From Octopus sinensis (taxonomy: Eukaryota), in contig NW_021834973.1 in NCBI RefSeq assembly GCF_006345805.1, positions 1-43,775 on the forward strand: a stretch of 43,775 bases of DNA, written 5' to 3'. Below the pieces are notes generated by a model, which worked only from the letters and a program-made list of their open reading frames with translations, made no database searches and was not told where the DNA came from. This document shows positions 36,334-43,775 of this stretch, one piece after another (position 1 is the first letter of the stretch; each line of letters starts with the position of its first letter). The translations under genes and the position numbers were made by a program.

Positions 36334-36807
36334 TATAAGCGTGATTCAGAATATTTGAAACATGTATAGAGTAGAAGACCCCCTTCTACTGAAACAAGTA
36401 AAAGAGAAAATAAAAGAGAAAAAATAAAGATTTAAACAATTCCGCTGTAACAGGAAGGAATAAAATACTCTCTTTTTCGTATGCCATCCAGTACAATACA
36501 TCCGTGTCATCTTGTCAAGGGAGGGAAATGCTGGTCTGTTGTTGGAACCTCAATTTTAATACGATGGAAGGGATATAACTTCTCTCATAAAACTCATTTC
36601 TCTGTCAACTACATATACTCGCCTCTCTCTGTCTCTCTCTTTCTGACACACACACAAATTTATGAACATTCTTGAATCAAAGATGAAGAAAACCAGACAA
36701 CTAAGGACGATTCTATTCTGAAGAGCAAGTAGTTTATTTTACAGATTTAATGTTTTATCAAGAAACACTCGCTTTTGCTAAACCATGGAAGCTTCTCTGA
36801 AACTATA

Positions 36808-37162
36808 TACATACATACATACCTACATTATTATGGCTGCCCCCTCGTTATCGAGTATGGCCATTGCACGAAGCTTAACTGTTACTGGTGCTGTGATCGA
36901 ATCTGACTTTTTAGCCCAGCTAAAGCTCTACAATGTCTTGTACAAAATTGGCAACTTAAACCTTTACTGGTAATAGCCGGCTGTAGTTGTAACTGGGCTT
37001 CATGTACCTTTGCATGTCGTTTAAGTCCTCTTTCCGAATTACACTCTCTTCCACATGCTCGACAGATATGATTAGTATGGTGTGTTACACCACCACCAGT
37101 GGTCAGGTTGTCACTCATCTGTCTCGTTTTATGACTATGAAGATGACTCTCGAGTCCAGTTT
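36808..37162 (-). mobile_element. 3' fragment of an RTE-like LINE (C-terminal zinc-finger-like motifs, short 3' UTR, simple-repeat tail)
   Basis: CRACGRECNSERGLKRHAKVH and CQFCTRHCRALAGLKSQIRSQH. The 3' end acgagggggcagcc is followed by a (TATG)n tail. Confidence 0.65.
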
Positions 37163-37259
37163 TACATACATACATAAACTTAGATATGTTTCGACCAGAG
37201 ATTGGTCCAGGCCATGTCTAACTACGTACGTAAGTACGTACATCGAATAGTGGAAAATG

Positions 37260-37310
37260 CGCCTAGACCGATGCATTGCTTCAAATGGAGAATACTTTGA
37301 AGGCGATAAG
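37260..37310 (+). mobile_element. Mariner transposase C-terminal remnant
   Basis: Encodes RLDRCIASNGEYFEGDK, matching the CI-x-x-NG-E/D-YFE ending typical of mariner transposases. Confidence 0.55.
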
Positions 37311-37497
37311 TGTAAACACACAAAACTAAGGGAACAAGATAATATTGCAAAATTACATCGACTCCTGTACATAACTGGTACTTATCTTATCAACCCCTAA
37401 ATGGATGAAAGGCAAAGTGGACTTCGGCGGAATTTGATCTCAGAACGTAAAGACGAACGAAATGGCGCTATGCATCTTGCCCGGCTTGCTAACGATT

Positions 37498-37915
37498 CTT
37501 ATTTATTTATTGCCCACAAGGGGCTAAACATAGAGGGGACAAACAAGGACAGACAAACGGATTAAGTCGATTACATCGACCCCAGTGCGTAACTGGTACC
37601 TATTTAATCGACCCCGAAAGGATGAAAGGCAAAGTCGACCTCGGCGGAATTTGAACTCAGAACGTAACGGCAGACGAAATACCTATTTCTTTATTACCCA
37701 CAAGGGGCTAAACACAGAGGGGACAAACAAGGACAGACATAGGTATTAAGTCGATTACATCGACCCCAGTGCGTAACTGGTACTTAATTTATCGACCCCG
37801 AAAGGATGAAAGGCAAAGTCGACCTCGGCGGAATTTGAACTCAGAACGTAACGGCAGACGAAATACCGCAAAGCATTTCGCCCGGCGTGCTAACGTTTCT
37901 GCCAGCTCACCACCC
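37498..37915 (-). mobile_element. SINE family A, dimeric copy
   Basis: Full unit 37915-37684 plus truncated unit 37683-37498, with the same junction as 373-793. An older decayed copy abuts it at about 37350-37497. Confidence 0.9.
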
Positions 37916-38009
37916 TTTTGGCGGTAATGATATTCAGTATATAATGAATCTAGGAGCACATCGCGAAACAAGAAAACATAATAAAATGCAGTATTAATAT
38001 ATCTGTTAG

Positions 38010-38395
38010 TGGAAGCACTCCGTCGGTTACGAAGATGAGAGTTCCGGTTGATCCGAATCAACGGAACAGCCTGCTCGTGAAATTAACGTGTAAGTGGCCG
38101 AGCACTCCACAGACACGTGTACCCTTAACGTAGTTCTCGGGGATATTCAGCGTGACACAGAGAGTGACAAGGCCGGCCCTTTGAAATACAGGTACAACAG
38201 AAACAGGAAGTAAGAGTGAGAGAAAGTTGTGGTGAAAGAGTACAGCAGGGATCACCACCATCCCCTGCCGAAGCCTCGTGGAACTTTTAGGTGTTTTCGC
38301 TCAATAAACACTCACAACGCCCGGTCTGGGAATCGAAACCGCGATCCTACGACCGCGAGTCCGCTGCCCTAACCACTGGGCCATTGCGCCTCCAC
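38010..38395 (-). mobile_element. SINE family C, full length
   Basis: Reverse complement of 38884-39273. Confidence 0.9.
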
Positions 38396-38883
38396 TATTA
38401 GAATATGTGTATGGGAGAAGTATGTTTGTTTCTACGTGCTCAAATGTGAGCGTGTAAACGGATGTGAGTATGTATATGTGTAAGCATATAAACAAACATA
38501 GATAACTGACCGTGCTATAGAACGTATAAGAAAAAGTAAACAGAAATAAAAACGACACCGAATTCCGTTTTCTCAGTACAGGAAAAAGCTTATACAGAGA
38601 ATACAGTTTAATGATCTCTTGTAATATAAGCAGTCGCAAAAATCTGAAAGATATTTAAAGAATTAAATTTAAGAAGTACGGTTGATACTAAACTTAGCTC
38701 AAATTTCTGGACGCCACTTTAAACTTATAATCAATAAGTATTATCTTTTTTTTTCGAGAAAGCAAGAGAAAAATTACAACACAGCAATAGAATTTCTAAC
38801 CAATCTTCCTCAAATTTCAGAAACTCTATAAGTAATATTAGGAAACGCATGTCGATTCTTTTCTTCTGCCGAATACCGAAGTG

Positions 38884-39273
38884 AAGGAGGTGCAATGGCC
38901 CAGTGGTTAGGGCAGCGGACTCGCGGTCATAGGATTGCGGTTTCGATTCCCAGACCGGGCGTTGTGAGTGTTTATTGAGCGAAAAACACCTAAAGGTCCA
39001 CGAGGCTCCGGCAGGGGATGGTGGTGATCCCTGCTGTACTCTTTCACCACAACTTTCTCTCACTCTTACTTCCTGTTTCTGTTGTACCTGTATTTCAAGG
39101 GGCCGGCCTTGTCACTCTCTGTGTCACGCTGAATATCTCCGAGAACTACGTTAAGGGTGCACGTGTCAGTGGAGTACTCAGCCACTTACACGTTAATTTC
39201 ACGAGCAGGCTGTTCCGTTGATTCGGATCAACCGGAACCCTCATCGTCGTAACCGACGGAGTGCTTCCTTAAG
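38884..39273 (+). mobile_element. SINE family C, full length, 9-bp TSD
   Basis: TSD accgaagtg at 38875-38883 and 39274-39282. Confidence 0.9.
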
Positions 39274-39340
39274 ACCGAAGTGGAACAGAGACAAGATGAA
39301 TTACATTAAAGATTACAGTGATGGTAGTGAATATGAAATA

Positions 39341-39575
39341 GGCGGCGAGCTGGCAGAAACGTTAGCACGCCGGGCGAAATGCGTGGCCGTATTTCGTCTG
39401 CCGTTATGTTCTGAGTTTAAATTCCGCCGAGGTCGACTTTGCCTTTCATCCTTTCGGGGTCGATAAATTAAGGACCAGTTACGCACTGGGGTCGATGTAA
39501 TCGACTTAATCCGTTTGTCTGTCCTTGTTTGTCCTCTCTCTGTTTAGCCCCTTGTAGGTAGTAAAGAAATAGGTA
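39341..39575 (+). mobile_element. SINE family A monomer
   Basis: Aligns by eye with the first unit at 376-607. Confidence 0.9.
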
Positions 39576-39607
39576 AAGAATATAATATAGGAAAAGGAAC
39601 ATTCTAT

Positions 39608-39997
39608 GGATGATGGAAGCACTCCGTCGGTTACGACGATAAGGGTTCCAGTTGATCCGATCAACGGAACAGCCTGCTCGTGAAATTAACGTGTAAGTGG
39701 CTGAGCACTCCACAGACACGTGTACCCTTAACGTAGTTCTCGGGGATATTCAGCGTGACACAGAGAGTGACAAGGCCGGCCCTTTGAAATACAGGTACAA
39801 CAGAAACAGGAAGAAAGAGTGAGAGAAAGTTGTGGTGAAAGAGTGCAGCAGGGATCACCACCATCCCCTGCCGGAGCCTCGTGGAGCTTTAGGTGTTTTC
39901 GCTCAATAAACACTCACAACGCCCGGTCTGGGAATCGAAATTGCGATCCTACGACCGCGAGTCCGCTGCCCTAACCACTGGGCCATTGCGCCTCCAC
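39608..39997 (-). mobile_element. SINE family C, full length, 11-bp TSD
   Basis: TSD gaacattctat at 39597-39607 and 39998-40008. Confidence 0.9.
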
Positions 39998-40708
39998 GAA
40001 CATTCTATAGGTTTATAAGGAAAAAGCGTCCTCATTTTGAATGGATTTTCACAGTGAACGATATTTAAATGTTAGTAAATGCCTTCAGTTGAGCGGATGA
40101 AAGTATCACCGTCCTCCATGACTTTCGTCCGTTTACGCGTACAGTTTATGCATAATGCTCAACGACCCAGTCAGGTAACTTCTACGTGGTCGTAGCTTAA
40201 CCTGCTAGAAATAACACCAAAATATCTCATAAACCCCACTCTGCCACCTTAGAAAGGAGAATACCGACTAATGCACTCATGGCTTCCTGACACAGAAATA
40301 TGACGGGATGATCCGAAGTCTAAGACAATCTGGATTGACTTAAAGTTAATCAACATCAACAGTAATAACATTTTCGCTGAAATTCACTTACACTGTCATG
40401 GAGCAGTAAAGGTAGAATACAAGAATATAAGAAACGTGTGTCCATAGATGAAAACTAGAAATTGCATTCTAGAATACTTAACTTGAGCTGGATTTGAACC
40501 CTCACTCTAGGTTTTAAGTTGAAAATTACTTCGAAGTACGAGATAACTTTCAGTTCCATAACTACAATACAAAAAAATACTAAAGGTTTCCCTCGATTTC
40601 AACTTTATATTGAACACTAGTAACTTCTATCCCTCATCCAAACCAGTGAGAGAGAGAGGGAGAGAGAGAGAGGGAGAGAGAGAGAGGGAGAGAGAGAGTG
40701 TGTGTGTG

Positions 40709-40764
<56 letters not shown>

Positions 40765-40910
40765 TGGTGTGTGTGCGAGAGAGAGAGAGAGAGAGAGATG
40801 TAGGGAGAATTATTCTTTAAGATGGGGGTTACTTATAGAGGAGAAGTAAATGTGAAGGCTAAAAAATTAACATCCTTGTTGAAACTCACACATTATTATT
40901 ATTATTATTA

Positions 40911-41443
40911 TTGAGTGAGAGAGCAGTACATGCCAACAAAGTGACATTGGAGTAAAATATACGAAGCCCAGTGTATCCATCATGACTACCCGTCTGATAA
41001 GGCTACACCAGGCACAGGCATCACAACCATATGTGCACGACATGGTGATCTCATATCAAGATAAACAGCACATGACCTTGCAGGTGAGGCCCCGTTAAAA
41101 TTTTCTTCTGGTCGAGTAACCTATCCCGCTCAAAAGGTCCCTGAATAAGGGTTAAGGATGTTGAACGAAACGCCCATGTTTCCAGGGGTGAATTATTTAA
41201 ACCCCAAAGAATCCCTCTCAACACATGGCTATGATGTTCCCCCACTACTTCTGCTTGTAATCAGAGATGCACATATCGTCAGCCATCAAAGGAATGCTCA
41301 ACTGGTTACGGTCAAACAACTGACAAACAAATCTGTGGTATTGAGCAGAATATTTGCTGTAGCCTATCTTTATACCAAGACACTTCCAATCAGTTAAGAT
41401 CAGAAGCCACGAGAGCCACTGCCTGGTACTGCATCAGGGCATA
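40911..41443. repeat. Probable interspersed repeat bounded by (ATT)n tracts, family unassigned
   Basis: GC-richer ~530-nt block inserted between two (ATT)n runs, with no ORF of recognisable homology. Confidence 0.4.
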
Positions 41444-41482
41444 TCATTATTATTATTATTATTATTATTATTAGAATGTATA

Positions 41483-41676
41483 GACGGCGAGGTGGCAGTA
41501 TTGTTAGCACGCCGGGCAAAATGCTTAGCGGCATTTTGTCCGTCCTTACGTTCTGAGTTCAAATTCCGCCGTGGTTGACTTTGCCTTTCATCCTATCGGG
41601 GATCGATGAAATAAGTATCAGTTAAGTACTGGAGTCTATGTAGTCAACTTCCTCAACTCTCAAATTTACTGGCCTT
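41483..41676 (+). mobile_element. Diverged SINE family A
   Basis: Head and central domain are recognisable. Confidence 0.75.
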
Positions 41677-42120
41677 CATCTTCTTCGTCGTCATTTCTAT
41701 ATACATGTTCATTGGTCGTACATGTTACGCATAACGTCTGTTTGTCTGTTGAATTTTATCAAGTTGTTTGTTTATCTGTATTTCCAGTTTAACATTTGCT
41801 TCAGACAAAAGAAACAGTGTCTATTTCTCCTTAATCTATCCTACCATCTGGCTATTTTATTAATTTCTGCCTGTCAGTGTGTTTATTACACTTTTAAATA
41901 TAGTTTAGGTTATCTTCTGGTAATATTTCGCCGCTTTAAGAGGAATCACAAACAGGATGAAGAGGAAATTAACCCAAAGCGAGCGAGTCCCACTTGCTAT
42001 ATGAAAACGCCGTCCTGTCGTCGAAACCACTGCCTGGAACATGCGCAAGCAAAAAGAACTATTTGATGAAGGAGGAATGCGAATGCATACATAATCAACA
42101 GAGCAATGCAGACATCCGTT

Positions 42121-42150
<30 letters not shown>

Positions 42151-42163
<13 letters not shown>

Positions 42164-42305
42164 GGAAAGTTTACAAAAAAAACAACAAAAGACGAAGACA
42201 GGTGGTGCACAAAACACGTATCTTTTTGGAACAAGGAAACACGAAGCTGATAGAGCTATGGATTAAAAAGAAAGACGTGGATAGAAAAAGTCGAATAACA
42301 TATAA

Positions 42306-42342
<37 letters not shown>

Positions 42343-42462
42343 AGAGTTTACGAAATAAACAAAAGACGAAGACAGGTGGTGCACAAAACAGATGTATTAG
42401 TATAACGCTCAGGAATAGAAAAAGTATTTTACGTTTCGAGCCTACGCTCTTATACAGAAAGG
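42151..42462. mobile_element. (TA)n-embedded repeat with a duplicated head and a degenerate minimal hammerhead
   Basis: Two heads 'aaagtttac/agagtttac...aaaagacgaagacaggtggtgcacaaaaca', each after (TA)n. Minus-strand CUGUAUA-A-GAGC-GUAG-GCUC-GAAA-CG-UA at 42457-42429. Confidence 0.5.
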
Positions 42463-42509
42463 TACACAGAAAGAAAAAAAATGTGTGCAGTGGCTAACGG
42501 TAATCTTTT

Positions 42510-42905
42510 ATATTTTACTTGTTAGAATCATTGAATTGCAACGATGCTGGAGCGCCGCCTTGAAGAACTTTTAGCCAAAGGAATCGACCCCAGTATTCAT
42601 TTTTGTTAAGCCTGGTACTTATTCTTTCGGTCTCTCTTGCCGAACCGCTAAGCTACGGGAGCATACACACACATCAGAATCATTCAATTGCACACGATGC
42701 TGGAGCGCGCCGCCTTGAAAAACTTTTAGCCAAAGGAATCGACCCCAGTATTCATTTTTGTTAAGCTGGTACTTATTCTTTCGGTCTCTTTTGCCGAACC
42801 GCTAAGCTACGGGATCATATACACCACATCAACTCTGGTTGTCAATCGTGTTGTGGGACAACACATACACAAAGATACACACACACGCACAGACATATAT
42901 ATATA
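42510..42905 (-). mobile_element. Diverged SINE family B 3' portion with an internal ~152-nt tandem duplication
   Basis: gatgctggagcgccgcc...tacttattctttcggtctc...gccgaaccgctaag occurs twice (42524 and 42676). Confidence 0.65.
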
Positions 42906-42960
42906 TCTTATATATATATATATATATATAATCATATATATAGATATAATTAATCTATAT

Positions 42961-43775
42961 AGGGTGGCAAAAAATTTTGTAGAATTTTTTTGCCACCAGC
43001 AGCGGCCTAGTGGAAAAAATTTAAATAGTCATAGACCATTTTAATTTCAACATCACAATCAAGGAACGGCCATAATAGGCCATTCACCCACTAGAAATAA
43101 CAGCCAAAGCTTAAACCGCAAAATAACATCAATCCGTAAAACAGGAGAAAATTAAAAAACCATTTACCCTGTAATTTCTTATACGATGCACACGTTTCAT
43201 CTACTGTTTTATGGTAAACTAACCTGATTAAATTAAATCAAGCCAACTTCCATAGGCCCTTAGAATCATCAGTAAGAAATAGCCAAGTCGGAACAGATAT
43301 TGTTCACGAGGCATTTCCGTCCCTGCCTCGCTATATATGACCTAAAATTTTCAAATCATCGCACTCGCGCCAAATTTATCGGCAGCAAAATAAAAAATAC
43401 CTAAGCGCCGATTCCATTACGGAATTAACCAGAAAATTCAATAATTAATCAATATAGGTTGCAAAAAATTTTGTAGAATTTTTTTGCCCCAGCGGGCCTA
43501 GTGGGAAAAAATTTAAATAGTCAAAGACCATTTTAAGTTCAACATCACAATCAAGGAACGGCCATAATAGGCCATTCCCACCGGTGCGATGATTTGAAAA
43601 TTTTAGGTCAGATATTGCCGAGGCAGGACCGAAATGCCTCGTGAAAATATCTGTTCCGACTTGGCTATTTCTTACTGATGATTCTAAGGGCCTATGGAAG
43701 ATGGGCTTGATTTAATTTAATCAGGTTAGTTTACCATTAACAGTAGATGAAACGGTGCATCGTATAAGAAATTAC
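42961..43775. other. Interleaved direct and inverted duplications (A-B-A'-B'rc) with indel-rich differences
   Basis: A 42961-43089 vs A' 43455-43582 (direct); B 43171-43364 vs 43583-43775 (inverted). Confidence 0.85.

Noticed and set aside
41952-42018. ACAGG-AUGAAGA...GAAA-ACGCC-GUC-CUGU hammerhead-like spacing
   Set aside because: C3 is missing, stem II does not pair and the stem III register is off. At best a very old relic.

Overview
AT-rich eukaryotic genomic DNA dense in microsatellites and SINEs. It is most likely an octopus (coleoid cephalopod); this is inferred from the tRNA/CORE-type SINE families and the (TA)n load, not from a database search. Almost all ORFs in the supplied track are microsatellite or repeat artefacts. 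The coding signal I can support is the 3' part of one + strand spliced gene: a symmetric 72-nt phase-2 exon (4122-4193) and two phase-compatible terminal exons. Terminal exon A (6950-7760) is Pro/Ala/Glu-rich with a C-terminal transmembrane anchor. Terminal exon B (26629-26878) is Pro-rich, soluble and ends in -SDF. A weaker candidate nested antisense gene lies at 19986->18675. Mobile DNA comprises three tRNA-derived SINE families (about 20 copies, several with TSDs and several in inverted pairs), mariner relics, a pogo/Tigger-like MITE and an RTE-like LINE 3' end. The most notable non-coding signal is a set of hammerhead ribozyme (HHR) folds of the Penelope-like/retrozyme type next to (TA)n tracts. 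There is a tandem + strand pair 207 nt apart (33975-34052, 34182-34259), a fully canonical - strand type I HHR (34369-34467), and about eight degenerate copies elsewhere, four of them in fold-back elements. The last ~1.3 kb contains indel-rich duplications that may be assembly artefacts. All folds and alignments were done by eye.
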